DNA of 62,881 nucleotides, counting the filler. It is 6 parts of 6 records of this genome, joined end to end, with 100 filler letters (N's around TTAATTAATTAA, not from the genome) between each part and the next. Parts side by side here need not be neighbours in the genome. Positions count along the whole stretch, not along the records: positions 37,323 to 50,427 come from DRR723986_9399; 5 more parts are not named here. The stretch is one strand, 5' to 3'. The notes below the pieces were generated by a model, which did not search any database, was not told the origin of the DNA, and saw only the letters and a list, made by a program, of their open reading frames with translations. Of this stretch, positions 39,912-48,924 are shown in pieces. Within the stretch, counting starts at the first letter, position 1. Each line of letters begins with the position of its first letter. The translations under genes were made by a program, and so were the position numbers.

Positions 39912-41915
39912 ATGGACTTATCTTGGATGATGCCAGCAATCATGACCGTCGGGGTCCTGGTTCTGCTGATACTGGGCATACTGGCCCTGTTCAAGGCGTT
40001 TTACCGCAAGGTGGACCAGGGCCAGGCCCTGATCGTGAACGACCTGTCGCCCACGCCCAAGGTGTATTTCACCGGGGCCATGGTGCTGCCGGTTATCCAC
40101 CGCGCCGAGACCATGAAAATCTCGGTCATTACCCTGGAGCTTAACCGTACCGGCAAGGAAGGGCTGATCTGTAAGGACAACCTGCGGGCCGACATTACCG
40201 TTGCCTTCTACCTGCGGGTGAATGAAACCCAGGAAGACGTGCTGCGCGTGGCCAAATCGGTGGGTGTGGGCCGTGCCTCAGACCGCGATGCCGTGAACGA
40301 GCTGTTCAATGCCAAGTTCAGTGAAGCGCTGAAGACCGTTGGCAAGAAGCTCGAGTTCATGCAGCTGTTTGAGGAGCGTCAGCGCTTCCGCGATTCCATC
40401 GTCGAGACCATCGGGGAAGACCTGAACGGTTACGTGCTGGAAGACGTGGCCATCGACTACCTGGAGCAGACGCCGAAGACCTCGCTGGATCCGAACAACA
40501 TCCTGGATTCCGAGGGCATCAAGCGGATTACCGAAATCACCGCCCTCCACAATGTGGAAACCAACCGTCTGGAGCGGGACCAGGAGCTGGAAATCCAGCG
40601 CAAAAATGTGTCGGCCCGGGAAGCGTCGCTGGAACTGGAACGCAGCCAGGCCGAAGCCGAAGCGCGCCAGCGCCGGGAAATTGAAACCCTGCAGGCCCGT
40701 GAGACTTCGGAAACCGAGCAGGTGCGTGAGCAGGAGCGGGCCCGTGCCGAAGCCGCTCGCATCAAGACGGATGAAGAACTGGCGATTGCGGACGAAAACA
40801 AGCAACGCCAGATTGAAATGGCCATGAAAGCCCGAGAGCGTGCGGTGCAGATTGAAGAAGTGCGTATTCGCCAGGCCCGGGAGCTCGAGGATGTTAACCG
40901 TGAGCGGGCGGTGGAAATCGAGCGCATTGGCATGGAAAAGGCGCTGGAAGAAGAACGCAAGGAAATTGCCGATATCACCAGCCAGCGTATTGCCGTTGAG
41001 CGCAACGTGGCGGAAGAGGAAGAGAACATCAAGGATGTTCGCAACCGTTCTGAAGCCGACCGCCTGAAGGTGAAGAAAGTGGTGGCGGCCGAAGCCGAAG
41101 CCGAGGAGCTGAAGCTGAAAGATGTGAAAGCGGCGGAAGCGGCATTTGAGCGCTCCAAGCTGGAAGCCGAGCAGGTTCGGGTTACCGCCCAGGCGGAAAT
41201 GGACGCGGCCGAGAAGAAATCGGTGGCTGATGAGAAACTGGCCCGTGGTCGCCAGGCCATGGCGGCTGCCGATGGCCTTGCCGAGGCACAGGTCAAGGAA
41301 GCTCAGGCGTCTGCTATCCGGGCTGATGGTCTGGCCCGCGCCGAGGTCAAATCGGTTACCGCCAAGGCCGATGAAGAAGCCGGCATGGCCGAGGTTCGGG
41401 TGCTTGAGCAGCGTCTGGAAACCGAAGCCATGGGTGAAGAGAAACTGGGTGTTGCCAAGGCCGATGCCCGTAAGGCTATGGTTCTGGCCGAAGCCGAAGG
41501 TGAGCAGCGCATGGGCCACGCCAAAGCCGAAGCCCGCGAAGCCATGGCCAAGGCCGAAGCGGCTGGTCTGGTTGAGAAACTCAAGGCCTACGATGGCATG
41601 TCTGAGGAATCCCGTCACTTTGAAGAGTTCCGCATGAACCTGGAAGTTCATGAGAAGGAAGTGATGGCCCAGATCGACGCCCAGAAGGCTGGCATGCTGG
41701 AAAATGGCCGGGTTATGGCTGCTGCCCTGAAAGACGCCAAGTTCGAAATGATCGGCGGCGACGGCGGCATTTTCGAGAAGTTTGCCCAGGGCCTTGGCTA
41801 CGGCAAGAGTGTTCAGGGCGTGCTGGACAAGTCCCCCTCGCTGCAGGCGGCGCTCTCGAACATTGCCGGCCGGGTGGCAGGTGAAAAGCCTAACCGCAGT
41901 TCCGAGACGGCCTGA
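39912..41915 (+). CDS. Flotillin-family (SPFH/Band-7) protein with extended coiled coil
   Basis: N-terminal TM, YRKVDQGQALIV, GLICKDNLRADITVAFYLRVN, YVLEDVAIDYLEQTP..LDPNNILDSEG, then a long EA/AEAE-rich region. Confidence 0.92.
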   Translation: MDLSWMMPAIMTVGVLVLLILGILALFKAFYRKVDQGQALIVNDLSPTPKVYFTGAMVLPVIHRAETMKISVITLELNRTGKEGLICKDNLRADITVAFYLRVNETQEDVLRVAKSVGVGRASDRDAVNELFNAKFSEALKTVGKKLEFMQLFEERQRFRDSIVETIGEDLNGYVLEDVAIDYLEQTPKTSLDPNNILDSEGIKRITEITALHNVETNRLERDQELEIQRKNVSAREASLELERSQAEAEARQRREIETLQARETSETEQVREQERARAEAARIKTDEELAIADENKQRQIEMAMKARERAVQIEEVRIRQARELEDVNRERAVEIERIGMEKALEEERKEIADITSQRIAVERNVAEEEENIKDVRNRSEADRLKVKKVVAAEAEAEELKLKDVKAAEAAFERSKLEAEQVRVTAQAEMDAAEKKSVADEKLARGRQAMAAADGLAEAQVKEAQASAIRADGLARAEVKSVTAKADEEAGMAEVRVLEQRLETEAMGEEKLGVAKADARKAMVLAEAEGEQRMGHAKAEAREAMAKAEAAGLVEKLKAYDGMSEESRHFEEFRMNLEVHEKEVMAQIDAQKAGMLENGRVMAAALKDAKFEMIGGDGGIFEKFAQGLGYGKSVQGVLDKSPSLQAALSNIAGRVAGEKPNRSSETA

Positions 41916-42004
41916 TAAGGCCGATGGCTCCCGGTACCGGACCCAAGGTGCCGGGAGTGCTTTCCCCTAACCGCATTCCCCTCTTTGGTTCAGGATGATT
42001 TGGT

Positions 42005-45000
42005 ATGTCGACGGATCGCACCGAGCTCGAAAGCATTGTTCAGGAAGGTTCAGCCTTTGAAACCATCAAGCGCCGGCTGAAAGAGCAGGGCGGGCAACTG
42101 CGTGAGCAGGTGTCCGGGCTGAACCAGGCCCGCGAAGAGATCTTTGGCAGTGCCGGCATGAACGTGCTGGGCCGGGCCCGGGTGCGAACCGAAAACAACG
42201 CCATCGCCCGGGATGTGGTGCGTCTGGGCGACAAGCTGTTGTTCGGTTTCAATCTACAGCTGGGCTTGCGCAAGACGCTGGTGATTGAGGACGTGTTCCG
42301 GCTGTACCACCTGAACGACGGCGACAGCGGCTTCGAGATGACCGAAGCGGCCATTGAGGGCTCGTTTCTCAAGGATGAACGCTTCGCCACCGACTTCCGG
42401 GAACTCCAGCAGTACTACAACACCGCCACGCTGTCGCAACTGGTGATTCTCAAAGGTATGTTGCTGATGGCGTTTCGCATCGGTGACAAACTCGATGATC
42501 TTCGGGTGTTTCGCTGGGAACTGAAGCCCGATGGTGAGGTCAGCCGCTACATTGATAATCGCGGCGAGCGCGATCTGTCTTTCCCGGAACGTTTCAGTTT
42601 TCCCTGGAAAACCGTGGGCCGCGACAGCCAGGTTCAGGGTCGCTCTCCGCACCTGAACATTGCCGACACCCTGTTTGTGGATAACCTGCGGGGCAACATT
42701 ACTTTCAAGGTGGAGAACAACACCTCCACCGGCGAAGGCATCTACTCGGACCCGGTGGAGTCCGATTCCCAGTCACTGGACGACGCCAGCTTCGATTTTG
42801 CTGATCTGGGCGAGATTCTGCTGCTGCGGATTCTGCCGTTTAACGAAGAACACTGGCGCTATTACCTGTTCAATCGCACCGAGCGCAAGGTCGAGCGGGT
42901 TGACGCCATGGCCGGTTCCGTCGCGTCGCTGCCGGACAATCACGGACTGATTTTTCCGTCGGGTTACTACCTGAGTACCGGCGAGCTGAAAACCTTCCAG
43001 ATTCCCGACGGGGATTTCCGGCTAAAGCGTACCTTGCGGGCCCCCAACGGTGAAGACATGCTGTATGTCTTCTTTGAACAGCGCACTGGTCAGGTGATCC
43101 TGTTCCGCTACAACCTGATTCGCAAACAGGCGGATGTGCCCCTGATTGGCCACGGCTACGCCCTGTTCGAAAACGGGCATCTGGTGATTTTCAATGCCGA
43201 CAAGGAACCTACGCTGGTGCACCCGTTGCAGGTGTGGGAAACGCCGTTCACTTCTGAAAGTTTCCACGCTGCGGCGAACGTCGCCAACGATTCCGAGCTG
43301 GCGCGCATTGGCAATCCCGAGCTGGTTCGGGGAATTGCCGAGCTGAATACGGTGGTTACCCTGGTGGAGGGCGCCAGCGCCAGTGAGCGGCATTTCACCA
43401 ACCTGATTCGCACCGTGGACCGTATTCTGGACCAGTTTTTCTGGCTGTCAGCGCGCCAGGAAGAAGCCCTGTTTGCCGGGTTAAACCAACAGCTCAGCAC
43501 CATCCGAGGCACCGCAGAGCTGGTGCTGGATGAGTATGAGAAAGTCCAGAGTATTCGCGCCCAGACCGAAGCTGCCATTACCGAGGTCGCTCAGGACCAG
43601 GGCGCGTTGATGCGGGACCTGAAACCGGATAGCTGGAAAGCACCGGATCAGTTTGTCAGTTACCTGGCACGTTTGCGCGATCATCGCGGCCGGGTGCGAA
43701 CTCTCAATGATCGGCGCTATGCCGACAAAGCCCGTATCGACAGTCTTGAAGAGGAGCTGGCCGAGGCCGAGGGCCGGCTGACCGAGCGCACCTTCCGTTT
43801 CCTGGCGTCGCCGGAGGCGCTGGATGGCTACCGCCAGACCCTGACCGAGTTGCAGACTGCGCTGGCCGAGGCCGACAGCCGGGATGCCCTGAAGAAGATT
43901 GTCGATCGCTATCGGGAACTGACTGAAGGCCTGGACATGATCCAGGGCATGCTGGCGTCGATGGGCGGTGACGATGCCGCGCTGGAAACGGCGATCACCG
44001 ATAACATCTCCGGCATCTACGCCACCATCAACCAGCAGCGTTCCGAAGCGGAAATCCGGCTGAAAGAGCAGGGCAGTGCGGAAGCCCGGGCCCAGTTTGC
44101 GGCTCGTATCCGGCTGTTTGAGCAGAGCCTGGCGAACGGCGTCAGCGCGCTGTCGGATGTGCGCGAATGCGATGGTCTGATGACCCGTATGCTGGATCAG
44201 CTGCAGGAGCTGGAAAGCCAGTTTGGCGAATATGACGAGTTCCTGGCAGCTATTCTGGAGCAGCGTGAGAACGCCCATGAGAGCATCGAGGCACGGCGCC
44301 AGCAGCTCCAGGATCAGCAACAGCGCCGGGTAACCACGCTCACCGATGCCGCTGCCCGTATTCTCAAGAATCTGGGCCGCCGTACCGAACGTTTCAGCAG
44401 CCCGGAAGAGCTGCATGCCTTCTTCGCCTCTGATGCCATGGTTAGCCGGTTGCGCAGCATGGCCGGTGAGTTGCGGGAGCTGGGTGCCGCCATGGAGGCG
44501 GATGATTGCCTGGGCCAGCTTAAAGCGGCTCAGGACACGGCCCTGCGCAGCGTTCGGGACAAGGCCGATATCTTTGAGGATGGCGGTGCCGTTATCCGGC
44601 TGGGCAAGCACAAGTTCAGCGTTAACCAGCGGGAGCTGGATCTGACCCTGATTCCCCGGGACGATCATGTCCTGCTGCACCTGACCGGAACCCAGTATTA
44701 CGAGCGCCTGGAGGAGCCCGAGCTGGACCGCCTCCGGGGCTACTGGAACATGAGCCAGCCTTCGGAATCCGACCGGGTGTACCGGGCGGAGTATCTGTCG
44801 GCACTGGTAATCGATGAGTTCCGCAAGGCCGGAGACCTGCCGGTTAACGTCGCGGATCTGGATGAACTGACCGGTTACATCCGCAAGTTTGCTTCGCCCC
44901 GATACCGGGAGGGCTACGAAAAAGGCATCCATGATCACGACGCAGCGCTGATAGTCAGTACGCTGTGGCCGGCGATTCAGAACGCCGGGTTGCTCCGTTT

Positions 45001-47254
45001 CAGCCCCAGGGCGAGGGCACTGGCCATGCTGTTCTGGGCCGGATTGAGCCAGCAACAGAGCGCGGGCCAGCAACTGCGTTCCCGGTGCCTGTCTGCCGGC
45101 ATCCTCAGCCGCATGATGCAGTCCGATGACCTGCTGGAATCCCTGCAACAGGAACTGGAACCGCAGCTCGCAAACTTTGTGGAAGAACAGCAATTGAGCC
45201 TGGCCGGGCCGGGCAGCGATGGTCGCAGCCTGGTGCATTCCGCAGCCCAGTACCTGGTGCGGCAGCTGGCGGAAGAATCCGAAGCCTTCGATATCACTCG
45301 CTATGCCGGGGATCTGGCGACCGGCTTTGTCGAGGCACTGAAACGGGATAACCAGTTTGCCCAGTATCAGCAGGCACTGGAGGTCGTGGCCGATCAGCCG
45401 GCTGCTCGCTGGAGCATCACCAGCCACTGGTTGAAAGCCTGGATGGCCAAGACGGATCAGCAGCATCTGCTGCACTATTTGCCAGAAGCCGTGGCCGTGC
45501 TGAATGTAGGCGACACTGTGAAAACCTCGGTTCGCAGTGTGGAACTGGCGTTCCAGATTGAGGGCCTGCTGGGCCAGCATCCCCGTATCGAAGAACGCAT
45601 TCTCAGCCTGCAGCTGGATGAATTTGACGAGCGTCTGCGATATCACCAGCAGGAGATCATTCCTGGCTGGCAGCAGCTGCAGGAGGTGCGGCAGCAGGTA
45701 CTGGAGAAATGGCGTGGCCAGTTACGGCTGGACGAGTTCAGACCACGCCCGCTGTCGTCCTTCGTACGTAACAAGCTGATCAGCGAGAGTTACCTGCCGA
45801 TCATTGGCGATAACCTGGCCAAGCAGATGGGCACGGCGGGTGAAGACCGCCGCACCGACCAGTCCGGCCTGCTGATGATGATCTCGCCCCCAGGCTACGG
45901 TAAAACCACCCTGATGGAATACGTGGCCAACCGCCTGGGTCTGATCTTCATGAAGATCAACTGCCCGAGCTTGGGTCACGACGTGATGTCGCTGGATCCG
46001 GAGAAGGCACCCCATTCCACCGCCGAAGCGGAGCTGATCAAGCTCAACCTGGCGCTGGAGATGGGCAATAACGTGATGTTGTATCTGGATGATATCCAGC
46101 ATACCCACCCCGAGTTCCTGCAGAAGTTCATCTCCCTGTGTGACGGCACGCGCCGCATTGAAGGGGTGTGGCGCGGCAAGACCAGCACCTACGACATGCG
46201 TGGCAAACGTTTCTGTGTGGTGATGGCGGGTAACCCCTACACCGAGAGCGGCGAAGTCTTCAAGGTCCCCGACATGCTCGCCAACCGGGCCGACATCTAC
46301 AACCTGGGTGACGTGCTCTCGGGCATGGAGCATGCCTTTGCGCTGTCCTACATCGAGAACAGCCTGAGCTCCAACCGGGTGCTGGCACCGCTGGCCACCC
46401 GGGGCATGGCGGACTTTTACCGGTTCGCCGATCTGGCCGAAGGCAAAACGGTGGCGGATTCGGACTTTGAACACGACTACAGTGCCGCCGAGCGCGATGA
46501 AATCGTTGCCCTGCTGAAGAAAATGATCCGGGTGCGGGAAACCGTGTTGCGGGTCAATCAGGCTTACATTGCCTCCAGCGCCCAGGCAGAAGCATACCGT
46601 ACCGAGCCCACCTTCAAGCTGCAGGGCAGCTACCGGAACATGAACAAACTGGCGGAGAAGCTGTCGCCGGTGATGAGTGACCAGGAGCTGGAAGCCCTGA
46701 TTGATGACCACTACCAGGGGGAGGCTCAGCTGCTGACCTACGGTGCCGAAGAAAACCTGCTCAAGCTCAAGCAGATGCGCGGCACCATGAACGACGACGA
46801 AGCGGCACGCTGGCAGGTCATCTGTGAAGAATACCGCCGCCGTCAGCAAGCCGGTGGCGACGAGGAAACCGGGGTGAAAGTGGTTCGCCAGCTGGGCCTG
46901 ATCTCGGAACATTTGCAGCAACTGGGGCAACAGCTGGTTGCCGGACTGGACAACGGAAAACACCCGGAACCCGATCTGGATAAAGCCCTGAGCCAGCTGT
47001 CCCGTTCCCTCGAAACCGGCCTCACCGAAGGCCTGCAATCGGTACAGCTGAATCCCGCTGTCACCGTCAACCTGGACAGCCCGCCCCAGGTGGGCGACGC
47101 GCTGATGGCCTTCGCCCGGATCTTTGAAGAATCCATTGTGCCGCTGGTGAAAACCATGGATGGCAAGCTGGACCTGGATTTGAAAACCCAGAGTGACATG
47201 AGCCGGGTGTTGCGGGTGATCCGGGAGCTGCAGGAGCGTTTGCTGGCCGGTTGA
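42005..47254 (+). CDS. 1749-aa protein: beta-rich N-terminus, long coiled coil and C-terminal AAA+ ATPase (family often labelled 'DNA repair ATPase', DUF3686-like)
   Basis: Walker A SPPGYGKTT (about 45884-45910), Walker B MLYLDDIQH, sensor-1 VVMAGN and Arg-finger-like LANRAD; no TM segment or signal peptide seen. Confidence 0.88.
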   Translation: MSTDRTELESIVQEGSAFETIKRRLKEQGGQLREQVSGLNQAREEIFGSAGMNVLGRARVRTENNAIARDVVRLGDKLLFGFNLQLGLRKTLVIEDVFRLYHLNDGDSGFEMTEAAIEGSFLKDERFATDFRELQQYYNTATLSQLVILKGMLLMAFRIGDKLDDLRVFRWELKPDGEVSRYIDNRGERDLSFPERFSFPWKTVGRDSQVQGRSPHLNIADTLFVDNLRGNITFKVENNTSTGEGIYSDPVESDSQSLDDASFDFADLGEILLLRILPFNEEHWRYYLFNRTERKVERVDAMAGSVASLPDNHGLIFPSGYYLSTGELKTFQIPDGDFRLKRTLRAPNGEDMLYVFFEQRTGQVILFRYNLIRKQADVPLIGHGYALFENGHLVIFNADKEPTLVHPLQVWETPFTSESFHAAANVANDSELARIGNPELVRGIAELNTVVTLVEGASASERHFTNLIRTVDRILDQFFWLSARQEEALFAGLNQQLSTIRGTAELVLDEYEKVQSIRAQTEAAITEVAQDQGALMRDLKPDSWKAPDQFVSYLARLRDHRGRVRTLNDRRYADKARIDSLEEELAEAEGRLTERTFRFLASPEALDGYRQTLTELQTALAEADSRDALKKIVDRYRELTEGLDMIQGMLASMGGDDAALETAITDNISGIYATINQQRSEAEIRLKEQGSAEARAQFAARIRLFEQSLANGVSALSDVRECDGLMTRMLDQLQELESQFGEYDEFLAAILEQRENAHESIEARRQQLQDQQQRRVTTLTDAAARILKNLGRRTERFSSPEELHAFFASDAMVSRLRSMAGELRELGAAMEADDCLGQLKAAQDTALRSVRDKADIFEDGGAVIRLGKHKFSVNQRELDLTLIPRDDHVLLHLTGTQYYERLEEPELDRLRGYWNMSQPSESDRVYRAEYLSALVIDEFRKAGDLPVNVADLDELTGYIRKFASPRYREGYEKGIHDHDAALIVSTLWPAIQNAGLLRFSPRARALAMLFWAGLSQQQSAGQQLRSRCLSAGILSRMMQSDDLLESLQQELEPQLANFVEEQQLSLAGPGSDGRSLVHSAAQYLVRQLAEESEAFDITRYAGDLATGFVEALKRDNQFAQYQQALEVVADQPAARWSITSHWLKAWMAKTDQQHLLHYLPEAVAVLNVGDTVKTSVRSVELAFQIEGLLGQHPRIEERILSLQLDEFDERLRYHQQEIIPGWQQLQEVRQQVLEKWRGQLRLDEFRPRPLSSFVRNKLISESYLPIIGDNLAKQMGTAGEDRRTDQSGLLMMISPPGYGKTTLMEYVANRLGLIFMKINCPSLGHDVMSLDPEKAPHSTAEAELIKLNLALEMGNNVMLYLDDIQHTHPEFLQKFISLCDGTRRIEGVWRGKTSTYDMRGKRFCVVMAGNPYTESGEVFKVPDMLANRADIYNLGDVLSGMEHAFALSYIENSLSSNRVLAPLATRGMADFYRFADLAEGKTVADSDFEHDYSAAERDEIVALLKKMIRVRETVLRVNQAYIASSAQAEAYRTEPTFKLQGSYRNMNKLAEKLSPVMSDQELEALIDDHYQGEAQLLTYGAEENLLKLKQMRGTMNDDEAARWQVICEEYRRRQQAGGDEETGVKVVRQLGLISEHLQQLGQQLVAGLDNGKHPEPDLDKALSQLSRSLETGLTEGLQSVQLNPAVTVNLDSPPQVGDALMAFARIFEESIVPLVKTMDGKLDLDLKTQSDMSRVLRVIRELQERLLAG

Positions 47255-47259
47255 CCACG

Positions 47260-47303
47260 TTGATACCGGGGGCGAATGTCTGGATCGCCCACCCCGGTAT
47301 CAA
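47260..47303. terminator. Hairpin between the convergent ATPase and SPFH genes (likely bidirectional terminator)
   Basis: TTGATACCGGGG...CCCCGGTATCAA 12-bp outer stem. Confidence 0.65.
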
Positions 47304-47313
47304 TGCGTTGGCT

Positions 47314-48723
47314 TTACTGAGGGATGGTCTGTCCTGAAGACCGGCGCAACTGCTCCATAGCACCAAGACTGGTAAATACTTCCAGGCTACTGACTGGGCT
47401 GGCGCCTGCGTCGGCCCCGACATAGTAGTCCGGCATATCGATGGTTACGTCCTTCAGGGCCGGGTACATTACCTGGGCGATATCGCGCTGGATTTCGGCC
47501 ATGTAGATATCCCGGGCGGCCTGTTTGGCCAGCAGGTGTGCCTTGGCGACTTCGGCTTCCGCCAGGCCTTGCTCACGAATGGCTTTTGCAGCGTAGGTGG
47601 CGGCTTCGGCATTGGCTTTCTGGATGTCTCTCTCAGCAACCGAGATTTCCAGCTGCTTCTGTTTCTCCAGCACGGCTACGGCCTTTTCTTTCTCTTTGCG
47701 GACGGTTTCCAGTTCTGCCTGCTGACGCTCCATTTCCACTTCTTTCTGCTTGGAAATAATGGCCAATTCTTTGCTGCGCTGGGCGTCCTGGATGGCCCGG
47801 GCCTTCTCGATCTCTTTTTCCAGCTGCGCAGTTTTGGCTTCGGCGCGGGCGGTTTCCTGGGCCTGGATCGCGGTAATCCGCTTGGCGACCAGGTCCTTCT
47901 TTTTCACCAGCAGCTCATCCAGTCGCTTCTCGGGCAGCGGACGGCCAATGGTCACCTGGCGTACCTGAATGCCATAAGCATCCAGCGGGTTGGCAATGCG
48001 CTTGGCTTGGCCGGCGCTGTCCTGCAGGATGATGTTTTTCCAGACCAGCTGCACTTTCCGCTCCAGCCGGTCGCCGTCGTCGTTGGTTGAAGATACGGCA
48101 GCCAGGTCGGTCTGCTCCACTTCCACCTGCTGTCGCTCGGTTTCGTAAAGGCCATTCTGCAACTGGTCTTCCAGTTGAACCTTGAACTTGTTCAGACCAC
48201 CCTGGAAGAACTCTTCGCCGGTGTACTGGGTGGCGGTCACTACGGTCACGTTCTTGGCGTTCTTGATTAGCAGGGAATCGATCAGGTTGTCGTAGCTACG
48301 GAACTCACGATGCATAGCCACAATCTTTTCGGGATCTGCTGACAGTCGGAACCGGAAAGTGGCCGGAATCCGGGCGGTGTAGGTGTCAGCGAACTGCACC
48401 TCCACTTCGCCCAGCTGCCGGGTGGATTTGATCTTTTCACCACTCTCCTGGTTACCGAAACTCAGGGTCATGGCCTGATTGTAGGTATAAACGTTTGAGA
48501 AGAACGGTACCTTGAAGTGCAGGCCGGGCTCGGTGAACACGCGGATGGTGCCAAACAGGGTGTCCTGAACCACATAGGTGTAGCCCAGCTCCGTGGTAAA
48601 AAAGGAAGACATGGCCAGGAAGACCGCGAACAGCGAGCTTGCGATGGCCAACAGATATTTTTTCAGATTATTCAGAACAGCAGAGAGCAGTTTCTCTGTC
48701 CGTGAGATTGCCGGGGCGTCCAT
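47314..48723 (-). CDS. Second SPFH/Band-7 domain protein with C-terminal coiled coil
   Basis: TM helix, GYTYVVQ..FGTIRVFTEPGLHFKVPFF, YGIQVRQVTI, and a K/E/A-rich tail with REQGLAEAE. Confidence 0.82.
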   Translation of the reverse strand: MDAPAISRTEKLLSAVLNNLKKYLLAIASSLFAVFLAMSSFFTTELGYTYVVQDTLFGTIRVFTEPGLHFKVPFFSNVYTYNQAMTLSFGNQESGEKIKSTRQLGEVEVQFADTYTARIPATFRFRLSADPEKIVAMHREFRSYDNLIDSLLIKNAKNVTVVTATQYTGEEFFQGGLNKFKVQLEDQLQNGLYETERQQVEVEQTDLAAVSSTNDDGDRLERKVQLVWKNIILQDSAGQAKRIANPLDAYGIQVRQVTIGRPLPEKRLDELLVKKKDLVAKRITAIQAQETARAEAKTAQLEKEIEKARAIQDAQRSKELAIISKQKEVEMERQQAELETVRKEKEKAVAVLEKQKQLEISVAERDIQKANAEAATYAAKAIREQGLAEAEVAKAHLLAKQAARDIYMAEIQRDIAQVMYPALKDVTIDMPDYYVGADAGASPVSSLEVFTSLGAMEQLRRSSGQTIPQ

Positions 48724-48924
48724 TCGATACTCCAGATGGGTTCTTGGGGCGGCCGAATGTACCGGAATGTTGTAAATAGTGTGTAGGAAGATCAGTCAGA
48801 TCCTTGTAGGAAAAGTCTGCATATGAGGAGAAGTTGATCGGCTGGTCAAAAAAACGTCATGCGGTGGTCATGGCTCTTGTGAACACTGACGCTGCAGTAT
48901 CATTCATTTCACAAGGAGCAGGTT

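Noticed and set aside
40278-41651. 457-aa and 279-aa antisense ORFs and the apparent GCCGAAGCC repeats in flotillin
   Set aside because: Explained by low-complexity Ala/Glu coiled-coil coding; there is no fixed repeat-spacer periodicity, so not CRISPR or a tandem repeat element.
43481-47038. Long minus-strand ORFs (721 aa and 438 aa) inside the ATPase gene
   Set aside because: Antisense shadows of a codon-biased, GC-rich gene; no recognisable motifs, while the plus strand carries a coherent AAA+ protein.
28574-48723. Possible functional link between the copper island and the PspA/flotillin locus
   Set aside because: They are separated by an artificial linker at 37223-37322, so adjacency is uninformative.
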